From: a virus
Taxonomy: Duplodnaviria; Caudoviricetes
Direction: 5' to 3' (one strand)
Length of the DNA stretch: 64,000 bases
Virus record (IMG/VR): IMGVR_UViG_2814123268_000002
Coordinates: 12,973-76,972 of that record
The first letter of the stretch is position 1; every line of letters starts with the position of its first letter. Shown piece after piece: positions 38,893 to 48,517 of this stretch. The translations under genes and the position numbers were made by a program. The notes beneath the pieces were generated by a model. That model ran no database searches, was not told the origin of the DNA, and saw nothing but the letters and a program-made list of their open reading frames with translations.

Positions 38893-39428
38893 TCGGACAG
38901 TCTCTGTTGCAGTGCCAGCCAGTCAGGCATATGCAGTTTATCCACGGTCTCCGGCATCACGCCCGTACAGGTGGCAACCAGCTCGCGCTCCCGCTCAAAA
39001 CCTGCCAGCTCCCGCACGGAGTCTGTCAGGCGGACAGTGGGTGGCATCATATGAAGATGTGTGATGGGCCCCTGCCGCATCGCATCGGTAACAGGTACCA
39101 GCAGGGGGAAGGTGTCTGGAGACTCTCCCCGGGCGTTTGCCGACAGCTGATCACTGGGTGTCATAACCAGCTCATGGATCAGCAGCGTAATGGAGGTGAG
39201 ATCCGGATGAGCCAGCTCGCCACGCTGCGCATCGCTCAACTCGGTATGCAACATAAATACCGCAGCAGAAAAGCCATGCCTGTCTTGTTTCGCTTCATCC
39301 GGGTCATCCATGCAAAATCGCTTTCGCAAGGCGCGCATCTCACCGATGGTATGTGTGCTCACAGTAACAACAGCGATACCCTCAATGGGCCAGCGCAGGG
39401 TATGCTGATGGGTAAACGGCGTCGTCAT
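38841..39428 (-). CDS. Tail assembly chaperone (gpE-like)
   Basis: Between tube and TMP; LHMPDWLALQQRLSDFL. Confidence 0.75.
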   Translation of the reverse strand: MTTPFTHQHTLRWPIEGIAVVTVSTHTIGEMRALRKRFCMDDPDEAKQDRHGFSAAVFMLHTELSDAQRGELAHPDLTSITLLIHELVMTPSDQLSANARGESPDTFPLLVPVTDAMRQGPITHLHMMPPTVRLTDSVRELAGFERERELVATCTGVMPETVDKLHMPDWLALQQRLSDFLTETADYFPQVTSNG

Positions 39429-39490
39429 GGGCAATCCTCAATAAAAAACCCCGCAATGCAGGGCCGGGGGTAAAACAGGAAAGGGTGGCG

Positions 39491-39994
39491 TTAAAACATG
39501 CCAACGTTGCTGCGATGATCGGCCAACAGGTCGCCGTCACCCAAATCGCAAATGGATGCCTTACGGCTGACATGCCACTCCTGGATGCCGTTTACCACCC
39601 GGCGTGATTCATCCAGGCTTAAATTCAGCGTATCCTCCGGCAGCTCACTCACGACACTGCTGGCGCGCTCACGGCTGGAAATACGCCCTGTCCAGAACTC
39701 CTGCACTGCTGTTGTGATCCCCTCCTCATCCTCCCATGACTCATTGACAATAACCGTAACCAGCTGACCCGCCCGACGTCCCGTCATCTTCAGGATATAG
39801 GAGGTAATCCCCTTGCCGACGATTTTGGCCGTCATCTTTTCAATGCCGGTACGGATATCTCCACCAATGAAGCTGCCACCGATATCACCCGCCTTTTCTT
39901 TCGGCGGCGTAGACTCCCACGACGTAACCTCACGCTGCAGCGGGATCCCGTCAACGATGATCCTCAGCATCATACGCACATTTTGACCAGCCAT
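39491..39994 (-). CDS. Major tail tube protein (FII-like)
   Basis: 167 aa after sheath; GDLLADHRSNVG C-terminus. Confidence 0.75.
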   Translation of the reverse strand: MAGQNVRMMLRIIVDGIPLQREVTSWESTPPKEKAGDIGGSFIGGDIRTGIEKMTAKIVGKGITSYILKMTGRRAGQLVTVIVNESWEDEEGITTAVQEFWTGRISSRERASSVVSELPEDTLNLSLDESRRVVNGIQEWHVSRKASICDLGDGDLLADHRSNVGMF

Positions 39995-41448
39995 TATTGC
40001 AACACTCCATTCAGGAAAGATTCGACAATTCCCACATCCTCTCGCAGGTGATAAACCATGTGCTCGTTCGGGCTATACCCTGCATAGCCAATAACAATGT
40101 GCCACTCACCGTTGCGGTAGTTGTCCGGCGTATTGAGCGTGGGATGCAGATAAACCCTGGCACCGATCAGTTTGCCGGCTGCCGCCTCGCCATCCAGCCA
40201 GTTTTGCAGTGACGCCACTTTCGACTGCATAAACTCTTTGCTGAGGAGCTCAGCCATCCCCGGCTCTGTCGTAGCAATCAGCTTGCGGATAATGGCCAGC
40301 TCAAGGCGCACTAGGTTGATAAACCGGCCATCCAGCGTACGGTTCCCCAGCAGCGAGAAGCCGCCCCGGCTGGTTCGTCCAAAGTAGGCCACGCCGTATT
40401 TGTTCAATCGGTCACCGGCACTGGTTTTATCCAGCAGGTTATAATCAATGGTGCGCTGACACCCGTCGATATAGACATTCATCCGCCCCTTGCCGGGAGC
40501 CTCATGCACATCCACCCGCGCCACACAGCCGAGATAATGGGCAACGCCGGACATGTAGACATACCCTTTGGCCGCGTTTGACCACACTTTGACAAACGGA
40601 TCGACCAGTACGGCATCACCATAACCCGTGCCCGCCGTTCCCAATGACTGGGACAGGGATATCACCGCGTCATCAGTTGTGCTGGTGCCCTCCAACGCCG
40701 CAGCGGCGAACAGGCGTTTACCCATTTTGGCCAATGCATCATGCACCGCCGGATGGTTGAAGCCGGCAGCAGCAATATCTGTCAGGGTTTCCGGAATATC
40801 TGCCGCCAACGCCTCAATCCCGGTACGGCGGCCAGTCAAGGGATCTACACCGCCAACAACATTGGCAATGGTCCCTGATGCCGCCAGTTCTTTCCCATGG
40901 ATGACAACCGTGGCCTGCGCCGTCAGATCTTCCAGCCTGATGCCCCCGTCGCTCTTCAGCGTCAGGACATTGCTTTCCCCCGGAACGTAGCTCACCATCT
41001 CTGTCGTTTTGCCACCGATCTCCACGCTCCAGCTGACAGCTTGGGCACCAACCACGGCATCCAGAAGGGTTGGATTGGTCAAGATAACCGTCATCACCCC
41101 GCTATCAAGGACGGCGGCACTTATAATCACCCCCTCATAATCCCTGTCGGCAGGCAGTACCTGGTTATCCTCATCCACGATGACTGCATAAATAGAGCAC
41201 TGCGCTGCATCCAGCATGGCATTGCACACACGCCATAAGGTACCCCGCTCCAGCCCTGCAATATCCAGCCTGGCCAGGGCGGCTTTGTTATTGACCCAGT
41301 AGGCCTTATTGCGCGGGATATCCGGATGGGCATCCGGGGCCGTTCCGACCAGACCAAATACTGCACGACCTAGCGGCCCCATCGGAGACGGAGCAGGCTC
41401 TCGGATAATGGAGGCCCCGTTATGCACGAAATTTTCAATAATGGGCAT
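39994..41448 (-). CDS. Tail sheath protein (FI-like)
   Basis: FVHNG, GLVGTAPDA, GFSLLGNRT, LNTPDNYRNG. Confidence 0.88.
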   Translation of the reverse strand: MPIIENFVHNGASIIREPAPSPMGPLGRAVFGLVGTAPDAHPDIPRNKAYWVNNKAALARLDIAGLERGTLWRVCNAMLDAAQCSIYAVIVDEDNQVLPADRDYEGVIISAAVLDSGVMTVILTNPTLLDAVVGAQAVSWSVEIGGKTTEMVSYVPGESNVLTLKSDGGIRLEDLTAQATVVIHGKELAASGTIANVVGGVDPLTGRRTGIEALAADIPETLTDIAAAGFNHPAVHDALAKMGKRLFAAAALEGTSTTDDAVISLSQSLGTAGTGYGDAVLVDPFVKVWSNAAKGYVYMSGVAHYLGCVARVDVHEAPGKGRMNVYIDGCQRTIDYNLLDKTSAGDRLNKYGVAYFGRTSRGGFSLLGNRTLDGRFINLVRLELAIIRKLIATTEPGMAELLSKEFMQSKVASLQNWLDGEAAAGKLIGARVYLHPTLNTPDNYRNGEWHIVIGYAGYSPNEHMVYHLREDVGIVESFLNGVLQ

Positions 41449-41451
41449 GGG

Positions 41452-41610
41452 TTACTTCCTCTTTGTAACAGGCCTGGCAATGAGATAGCCACTGAGAACC
41501 AACTGGGTGGCCTCACTCTCACTCATCTCAACAACAGTGCCCGCCTTCTGCCAATGGCCGGAGTTGGGATGCTCGAAGCCGAGCAGCACCAGATACGCTT
41601 TTTTTTCCAT
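41452..41610 (-). CDS. Small tail-region hypothetical protein
   Basis: GGAG RBS; lies directly upstream of sheath. Confidence 0.5.
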   Translation of the reverse strand: MEKKAYLVLLGFEHPNSGHWQKAGTVVEMSESEATQLVLSGYLIARPVTKRK

Positions 41611-41673
41611 AAATGGCTCCTGGACTGGACAATAAAAAACCGCCAAAACGTGTTTACATTATCTGGTGCGCCG

Positions 41674-41892
41674 TCAAACCTCCTTTTTCAGTTCGGGGGA
41701 AGATGTCAAATGAGTCTCTTGCGGCTCAACAAACCCCATGCGTTTCGCATCAAATACTTTTTTTTGCAAACTAAAATCATCCTCAACATTAATTACATGG
41801 TAATTATCCAAATCCAATGGCACGGGAAAATCAATATAGCCATCTGGATTTTTCTTTGGAATATATATTGTTTTCATAACAAAACCACTCAT
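41674..41892 (-). CDS. Small putative tail fibre chaperone
   Basis: Coupled to the fibre stop codon; AT-rich like the fibre tip. Confidence 0.5.
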   Translation of the reverse strand: MSGFVMKTIYIPKKNPDGYIDFPVPLDLDNYHVINVEDDFSLQKKVFDAKRMGFVEPQETHLTSSPELKKEV

Positions 41893-43073
41893 TATGTGTA
41901 ATTGACGCCATATATTAGCAGGATACGAGAACTTTCAGAGCTGACTTCCCATAATGTCGAAAGGAATGTCCGTGTTATAATTGACCAGTGCGTCCCATCC
42001 ATTGAGCGAATGCTAATAGAGCTCGCCAAGCTTCTATTAACAATTTCAGTAATCAACCATATTGGCTTAATATCGATTGCAGCATGCCAACTGTTATCAT
42101 CAGTAGAGAAAATAATAATTTCATCAAAATTTGATGGGCTTTGTGACAGCGGGATATTACCATTCCCAATATTACCGCTAAAAAGCAGCGTCTTGTGCCC
42201 CACTGCTGCCTTGTTAACTCTCTCGTTGACTTTTTTTAGCGCATAGGCCGTCGGCGCCCGTGTGGTACTGGTACTGCTGACGCTGTCTTCAAGCTGGACC
42301 TGTCCGGGTCGGGTGGTAGTTGCGGCACGGGTTGCATCTCGATAGGTTTTCTTCATCACGGAGGCCGTCGCCGCCTCCACGTTGCTGTCGTTATTGATAC
42401 TGTCGCTGAGCACGACCTGTCCGGGACGGCCAATTGCGGCGCGACGGGTTGCCTCGTCATAGGTTCGCTTTAGCGCAGAGCATGTCGGCGCATTTCTGGT
42501 GCTGGTACTGCTGACGCTGTCTTCAAGCTGGACCTGTCCGGCCTGGCCGGTACTCGCGCGACGGGTTGCCTCGTCATAGGTTCGCTTTAGCGCAGAGCAT
42601 GTCGGCACCCGTGCGGTACTGGTACTGCTGACGCTGTCTTCAAGCTGGACCTGTCCGGGTCGGGTGGTAGTTGCGGCACGGGTTGCCTCGTTATAGACAT
42701 CCCTTAGCGCACCGCATGTCGGCACATTTGTGGTGCTGGTGCTGTTGATGTTATTTTCAATCTGGACCTGTCCGGGCTGGGTGGCAGTCGCGCGACGGGT
42801 TGCATGCTCATAGACACGCTTTAGCGCATTGGATGTAGGCGCATTTGCGAGGCTGGTGCTGTCTATGTTGTCTTGAAGCTGGACCTGTCCGGGAGTGCCG
42901 GTACTCGCGCGACGGGTTGCCTCGTCATAGACACGCTTTAGCGCAGAGCATGTCGGCGCATTTGTGGTGCTGGTGCTGTTGATGTTGTTTTCAAGCTGGA
43001 CCTGTCCGGGCTGGGTGGTAGTCGCGCGACGGGTTGCAATCTGATAGGTGTACCTTACTGCATTGGCCGTCGC
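41892..43073 (-). pseudogene. Tail fibre protein, N-terminus removed by IS256; about seven 39-aa repeats plus AT-rich tip
   Basis: ATTTQPGQVQLE.S..STST..APTCSALKR.YDEATRR repeats; ORF start lies inside the IS end. Confidence 0.85.
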
Positions 43074-44388
43074 GAGCCTGTACATAAATTTGTGTAATTG
43101 CCTGATTTTGATATGTTCAATCCAACATCAAAAGCAGGTTACTTTATGAACGAAAAACAGTTGCAGGCTCTGGCTAACGAACTGGCCAAAAATCTCAAAA
43201 CCCCTGACGATCTCAGTCAGTTCGATCGCCTGCTGAAGAAAATCAGCGTTGAGGCGGCTCTCAACGCCGAAATGTCCCACCATCTGGGCTACGATAAAAA
43301 TCAGCCTAAACCGGGTGCCAACTCCCGCAATGGCTATTCCACAAAGACCGTTACCACCGGTGATGGCCCTCTGGAACTACGCACGCCGCGTGATCGTGAT
43401 GGCTCTTTCGAACCGCAACTGGTGAAGAAAAACCAGACCCGGATCACCGGTATGGATAACCAGATTTTATCGTTGTACGCCAAAGGGATGACCACCCGCG
43501 AGATAGCGGCCGCGTTCAAAGAGCTGTATGACGCTGATGTCTCACCGGCGCTGGTCTCGAAGGTCACCGACGCCGTAATGGAGCAGGTTACCGAATGGCA
43601 GAATCGTCCACTGGATGCAGTCTATCCCATTGTTTACCTTGACTGTATCGTCCTGAAGGTCCGGCAGGACAGTCGCGTCATTAATAAATCCGTGTTCCTT
43701 GCCCTGGGTATCAACCTCGAAGGCCAGAAAGAACTGCTGGGTATGTGGCTGGCCGAAAACGAAGGCGCGAAGTTCTGGCTCAATGTGCTGACAGAGCTGA
43801 AGAATCGCGGCCTGAACGATATCCTCATCGCCTGTGTCGATGGTCTGAAAGGCTTCCCGGACGCGATCAATACGGTGTATCCGGAAGCCCGCATCCAGCT
43901 GTGCATCGTGCATATGGTGCGTAACAGCCTGCGGTTCGTCTCCTGGAAGGACTACAAAGCCGTCACCCGCGACCTGAAAGCCATTTATCAGGCCCCCACG
44001 GAAGACGCAGGGCAGCAGGCGCTGGAAGCGTTCGCCAGCGCATGGGACAACCGCTACCCGCAGATAAGCCGTAGCTGGCAGACAAACTGGGCTAACCTGG
44101 CGACGTTCTTCGCTTACCCGGCAGACATCCGCAAGGTGATCTACACAACGAATGCTATCGAGTCGCTGAACAGCGTGATCCGGCATGCCATCAAAAAGCG
44201 TAAGGTGTTCCCGACGGACGAAGCAGTGAAAAAGGTGGTGTGGTTAGCGATCCAGGCGGCATCACAGAAATGGACCATGCCGCTGAGGGACTGGCGTATG
44301 GCAATGAGCCGCTTTATTATCGAGTTCGGTGATCGTCTGGACGGTCACTTCTGAGAAAAGGCATTTACACAGAATCGTGTACAGGGTC
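43074..44388 (+). mobile_element. IS256-family element, copy 2 (no TSD, deletion junction)
   Basis: Same IRs as copy 1; flanks GCCGTCGC and CCGGCAAA do not match. Confidence 0.95.
43146..44354 (+). CDS. IS256-family transposase
   Basis: Protein identical to copy 1. Confidence 0.95.
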   Translation: MNEKQLQALANELAKNLKTPDDLSQFDRLLKKISVEAALNAEMSHHLGYDKNQPKPGANSRNGYSTKTVTTGDGPLELRTPRDRDGSFEPQLVKKNQTRITGMDNQILSLYAKGMTTREIAAAFKELYDADVSPALVSKVTDAVMEQVTEWQNRPLDAVYPIVYLDCIVLKVRQDSRVINKSVFLALGINLEGQKELLGMWLAENEGAKFWLNVLTELKNRGLNDILIACVDGLKGFPDAINTVYPEARIQLCIVHMVRNSLRFVSWKDYKAVTRDLKAIYQAPTEDAGQQALEAFASAWDNRYPQISRSWQTNWANLATFFAYPADIRKVIYTTNAIESLNSVIRHAIKKRKVFPTDEAVKKVVWLAIQAASQKWTMPLRDWRMAMSRFIIEFGDRLDGHF

Positions 44389-44905
44389 CCGGCAAACACA
44401 TCTGCACTTCATCCACGATCCTTTCTCTGGCCGTGTGCAATAATCGCTTACGCCCACCCACTCCCCATCTAGCCATTCGACTTGCGCACTGGCTGATATC
44501 CTTTGTTTCAGTCTTAATGACAAGATCGAGCTTATTCAACCGAGTCATGGCGTCAAACCCTTTCCTGACAAAAGACTGAAAGGTTTGATACACACGGATC
44601 TCAAACTCAGCGCTCAGCCATGCCGCGTAGCGTATGGCAACAATCTCCTCTGCCCATACACCTTGATTAAACCCGCCATTAATTACAATAACTGGCTGAT
44701 TTTGTTCCAGAATGCATTTCTGCATTCTGGTCAAGGTTTCAACAAATGCTTTTACCTTCTTAGTTCGAAGGAACTGGCTCGGGCCCTGATTTTCTTTGGC
44801 TTGTCCACAAGCTACCGCAGACATGTGGAGATCGTTCAGGCTATAACGCCCCGCTTCATCAACGCGAACGGACACACCGTTTACCAACACGGTTGGATAT
44901 TTCAT
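44389..44905 (-). CDS. KilA-N domain protein, extreme C-terminus clipped by IS
   Basis: VRVDEAGRYSLNDLH, AIRYAAWLSAEFEIRVYQTF; AGGAG RBS. Confidence 0.85.
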
Positions 44906-44920
44906 TGAGCGTACTCCTAT

Positions 44921-45085
44921 AGAAATGAGCCTTGTTGCCCAGAAACGCCGCCCGCAGAGAGGTCGCCACCTATAACGACGGTTCTCCAAGGCTCATTTCT
45001 GTAAGGCTCTGCGATTTACATGCGCCGGGCATGGCGCAGATATAAAAAAACCACCAACGCGGTAAGCGTCAGTGGCTTATTGATA
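44921..45085 (-). ncRNA. Structured leader RNA, copy B
   Basis: 14-bp stem AGAAATGAGCCTTG / CAAGGCTCATTTCT; near-identical to 33991-34165. Confidence 0.65.
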
Positions 45086-45401
45086 CAGCCTCAAATTAAT
45101 TGCCAGCACCGAGGTACCCACCCACAGAAGTTTCCCCTCGTTTTGGGGTGAGCTGGTCAACATTTGCGCTACCCAGTTTTGGGGAGCTCAAACGTTCAAC
45201 GATGATGCTGCAGATGCGTTCATACCGGCTTTACCTTTTAGTGATGAGTCTTGTTCGCACAGGAAGACGGCCCCAAGAACGCTCCGACAGCCAGCCGGTT
45301 CCTCAAGGCTCATCCTGAAAGGTTCTTGGTGATATGCGTTATGATACGCAGATACGACAAAGCCCCGGCATAGACCGGGGCCTATCATTCTCAGATCGGG
45401 C

Positions 45402-45671
45402 TTACGCCAGCCCTCTCATGAGAGCCTGGCGAGCACTCGCATCCCCTCGACAAATACATCTGACCGTATCACCCGTTAACGTGGTGATATACGCCTCATC
45501 ACTCTTTGCGATAGAAATGCTCGGTGTGTTACCGCGCCGAAAATACTCAATACTGGCAGCCTGTTTCGGGTCTTTCGGATGAAACTCAACCCGGTACATG
45601 CTTCCCAAAACGTGCACCTCTTCAACACATCGACCGTCGTTTGTTACCGTGATTTTCTTTAGTGCGTACAT
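45402..45671 (-). CDS. Conserved phage hypothetical protein
   Basis: AGGAG RBS; MYALK...EAYITTLTGDTV. Confidence 0.6.
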   Translation of the reverse strand: MYALKKITVTNDGRCVEEVHVLGSMYRVEFHPKDPKQAASIEYFRRGNTPSISIAKSDEAYITTLTGDTVRCICRGDASARQALMRGLA

Positions 45672-45744
45672 ATAGATCTCCTTTCGTCAGTAATAAAAAA
45701 GTCGCCTAAGCGACCTGTTAATTCTGGCTTCACATCAAAGACGA

Positions 45745-46296
45745 TCAGGACAGCGCCACCCGCTCCCGTACCCAGCCATACAGAAATGACTCGTTCTGCA
45801 CCCGCTGCTCGGCCAGCGCCAGATAACGATCGCCCTGACTGCAGTTCAGCGCCCGCAGCAGCACCTGCTCCCCCTCTGCACCCCGGGCATCCAGATAGGC
45901 ACGCAGCGCAGAGAGCGTACGTGGCCCAATCACCCCGTCGGCGCTGATATCCGGGTACAGACGTCCGCCATCGTTAAAGGCAGTCAGCCAGCGCTGCAGC
46001 CACTTGCCGGGAACCGATGGCCCCATATTCACCCCGGTATCCAGCAGCTCGGCGGCCACCAGCTCGGAATAGTCTGCCACCAGGTCAAAGCGGGGCCCTG
46101 ACCAATAGTCGCTCTCATAGATTTCCAGCGCCTGCGCCCGCGTCAGGTTGCGCATATCGCCGGTGTAGCCGTGAGCACGGGCCACCTTCTCGGTGATCCC
46201 CCAGTTGGTTGGCCCGCCCTTGTCGTTGGGGTGATCGACGTATCCTCCTTCACGCCCCAGCAGGGCATCGAAGATTTGATCCTTGGTGAGTGCCAT
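45745..46296 (-). CDS. Endolysin, glycoside hydrolase family 108
   Basis: EGGYVDHPNDKGGPTNWGIT, DTGVNMG; start at MALTKDQ. Confidence 0.92.
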   Translation of the reverse strand: MALTKDQIFDALLGREGGYVDHPNDKGGPTNWGITEKVARAHGYTGDMRNLTRAQALEIYESDYWSGPRFDLVADYSELVAAELLDTGVNMGPSVPGKWLQRWLTAFNDGGRLYPDISADGVIGPRTLSALRAYLDARGAEGEQVLLRALNCSQGDRYLALAEQRVQNESFLYGWVRERVALS

Positions 46297-46298
46297 AA

Positions 46299-46646
46299 TT
46301 ACCGCTCCTTGTCTGTCGGCATCCCCAGCTTGCGCTGCAGGATATACATCGCAAAACGCTGGATCTGCTGCACGCCGATAAAACCTATCGCACCGCCGAT
46401 GGCCGGGGTCAGCGACTTCGGCAGGCTGAAATAGTCCAGCGTCGCCACCACGGTCAGCGTCAGCGCGCCGCACAGCACCCCCTCTAACGCCGTTTGCTTC
46501 CACCCACCTCCCTGATACGTCACCCGGACAGCCGCCGTCATAGCCGCCAGCAGAACACCGCCTACCGGTGTGTCGCCCTGCCACCAGCTCTGTAACAGCT
46601 CTTTCCAGTCCAGCCAGGTTTCCGGGTTATGGTGCATAGTCGCCAT
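46299..46646 (-). CDS. Phage holin, lambda family
   Basis: LEGVLCGALTL, IGGAIGFIGVQQI. Confidence 0.88.
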   Translation of the reverse strand: MATMHHNPETWLDWKELLQSWWQGDTPVGGVLLAAMTAAVRVTYQGGGWKQTALEGVLCGALTLTVVATLDYFSLPKSLTPAIGGAIGFIGVQQIQRFAMYILQRKLGMPTDKER

Positions 46647-46721
46647 CTCGTTATCCCCTCTATGGGGTTCAGATATAAAAAAACCCGGCGTTTGCCAGGG
46701 TTCACGATTAAGGGTAACTGA

Positions 46722-46937
46722 CTAATTTTGATATGTATCTTCCCTGAAAAAATCCTGTCCACGTTCAAATAAAAACAGCGAAATAGCCAACAGACCAACA
46801 TCATGATTTTTATCTACAATATCAACCAGTTGTTTCTCTATCGTATTTATTGCATGCCGCTTATCTTCTGGAAGAGAACGAACCATTGACAAAATATAAA
46901 TATATAAATTATAACTTTCATCATTGTTTTTTATCAT
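46722..46937 (-). CDS. AT-rich small hypothetical moron
   Basis: GGAG RBS, 71 aa, followed by a terminator-like hairpin at ~46678-46705. Confidence 0.5.
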   Translation of the reverse strand: MIKNNDESYNLYIYILSMVRSLPEDKRHAINTIEKQLVDIVDKNHDVGLLAISLFLFERGQDFFREDTYQN

Positions 46938-47129
46938 ACATCTCCGTCAGGGGATGGTTAGGCATATCACTAATATCGTTCGATTTGAAATAGATTCAAT
47001 ACCATAATATTATGATGCGAACTATATTCATACTGCATATGTAATCAAAATGAGCCCAGAACTCGACAACAAGCACATAACTGCCTGAGCACTCCAACAT
47101 CCACCAGTCCCCTCAAGGAAGCAGATTTC

Positions 47130-47210
47130 GATGATTAAGCGGTGTGACGTAGCAACCACTCTTAACACACTACACAACAAAATGCGGACCGCGTTAGTGA
47201 TTTTTTTGTG
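47130..47210 (-). promoter_or_regulatory. Q-dependent late promoter pR' / qut region
   Basis: TAACGCGGTCCGCATTTT...TAGTGTGTTAAGAGTGG resembles pR' regions of 21/933W-type Q phages; upstream of lysis genes. Confidence 0.55.
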
Positions 47211-47254
47211 CTTATCCGGTACGTTCTACATATTGGGAAAAGAAGATTCTATCA

Positions 47255-47698
47255 ATGATTAAGGCCATCACTAAACGCGCCATTTCTGCAGGCCATATAA
47301 AAGTATCTGACCACCTTCGCTTCAGCCTGAAAGCTGATGCAGTCAACTGCTTCGGCCGTGAAATAAAATCGCTGCAATGTGGGGGAACATTTACCGGACG
47401 ACATGATTTCTGGGTATGGTTTCCCGATACGGATAACCAAGAGTGGTCAAATGAAATCAGCAAATGCGGCACAAAAATATACGAACGTAAAAAAGGTGAT
47501 GCAGCGGAAGCTAAAGCCTATCTGAAAAAACAAATTTCAGACAATAAAAAGCATCATGTGTTTTTAAGAAGTAAAGTAGGAAACTCAACATACTATACCT
47601 ATCGAGGCACCTTCCAATTATCAATAGAATGCTCTCTCGCTGAAAAGCGCGCTGTATGGACTCGCTATGATACTCAGGCAGAAACGTATGCCGTATAA
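47255..47698 (+). CDS. Stand-alone SRA-like domain of the PvuRts1I/AbaSI family (putative 5hmC/5ghmC reader)
   Basis: GHIKV...RF...DAVNCFG...Q.GG...VWFP...EWSNEISKCGTKIYE...VF.R.K...Y.Y.G...AVWTR...TY matches the recalled C-terminal half of PvuRts1I/AbaSI. Confidence 0.65.
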   Translation: MIKAITKRAISAGHIKVSDHLRFSLKADAVNCFGREIKSLQCGGTFTGRHDFWVWFPDTDNQEWSNEISKCGTKIYERKKGDAAEAKAYLKKQISDNKKHHVFLRSKVGNSTYYTYRGTFQLSIECSLAEKRAVWTRYDTQAETYAV

Positions 47699-47750
47699 CT
47701 GATAACCACAAGCCAGCCCCCCAGCCCAACGGGGGGGAGTTTTAAATATT

Positions 47751-48122
47751 TTATACTATCCCATCCATTTCTAAGCAAACATCCAGCATAGACAAACACC
47801 CATCAATAAACCCCTCAGCCATCTGTATTTCGATGCGAATCAGCTTTTCATCTTTTTTACGCACCTTGGCAATCTTCCGTTTTGAAATGCCATAAAGGTA
47901 ATGTGCCACCAGCAAAGAATGCTCATATGGCTTTCGTTTCTTTAACTGGGCCAGACATCCCTCAATGATAAGGCCATCATCATCCGTACATGACAGCCTC
48001 ATTTTCCCCGATTGAGGTAACAGCCCTTTGAATCCGGCAGCAATGTGAGAATAGTCTACCCCGGCGTGATCAGAAGCAGCCCACCCACCCCAACGCTCCA
48101 ATACTTTCGACATATCACGCAT
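47751..48122 (-). CDS. Antitermination protein Q
   Basis: VLERWGGWA, DYSHIAAGFKGLLP, CTDDDG, AEGFIDGCL. Confidence 0.92.
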   Translation of the reverse strand: MRDMSKVLERWGGWAASDHAGVDYSHIAAGFKGLLPQSGKMRLSCTDDDGLIIEGCLAQLKKRKPYEHSLLVAHYLYGISKRKIAKVRKKDEKLIRIEIQMAEGFIDGCLSMLDVCLEMDGIV

Positions 48123-48138
48123 CCACACCCTCCACACA

Positions 48139-48500
48139 TTACGCCTTCACTATGGCACCTATCCCCAACGCCCGATTCAGGAATTGCACCAACAACACCA
48201 ACTGGCTGCCGTTCCTCTGCTCCCAGCCACCCACATCACGATGTAGTTCGTCATGGCACCGCCGGCACAGCGGTATCACGAACAAATCATGCGTTTTAGT
48301 TCCTATGCCACCCAATCCCAATCCCGAATTGATGATGTGATGTGGGTCATCGGCAGGGTTTCCGCACCCGCAGCACGGCTGTGTCTTCACCCAGCGCGTG
48401 TATTTACCACTCTCCCAGCGCAGAAGCTTGGGCCGCAGCATAAACCCCGCCGCCGGTGCCTCATCTGCCGCCAGCGTGATCACCGGCTGTGGGATAACGG
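48139..48500 (-). pseudogene. DUF968 protein, C-terminal fragment
   Basis: KYTRWVKTQPCCGCGNPADDPHH, HDLFVIPLCRRCHDELH; N-terminal part absent. Confidence 0.75.
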
Positions 48501-48517
48501 CCGCCCCCCTGCTTGAT

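Noticed and set aside
42200-43073. CRISPR array or DGR/shufflon in the repeat arrays
   Set aside because: Repeats are in-frame coding units without spacers; no cas, reverse transcriptase or invertase in the window
45745-46584. 279-aa extended endolysin, and extended starts for portal, gpM, gpS, KilA-N and transposase
   Set aside because: Extensions overlap upstream genes or leaders; downstream ATGs fit the family N-termini
34245-46646. Headless tail plus lysis genes as a domesticated tailocin
   Set aside because: Baseplate wedge and spike genes are absent and the fibre N-terminus is deleted, so no functional particle is expected
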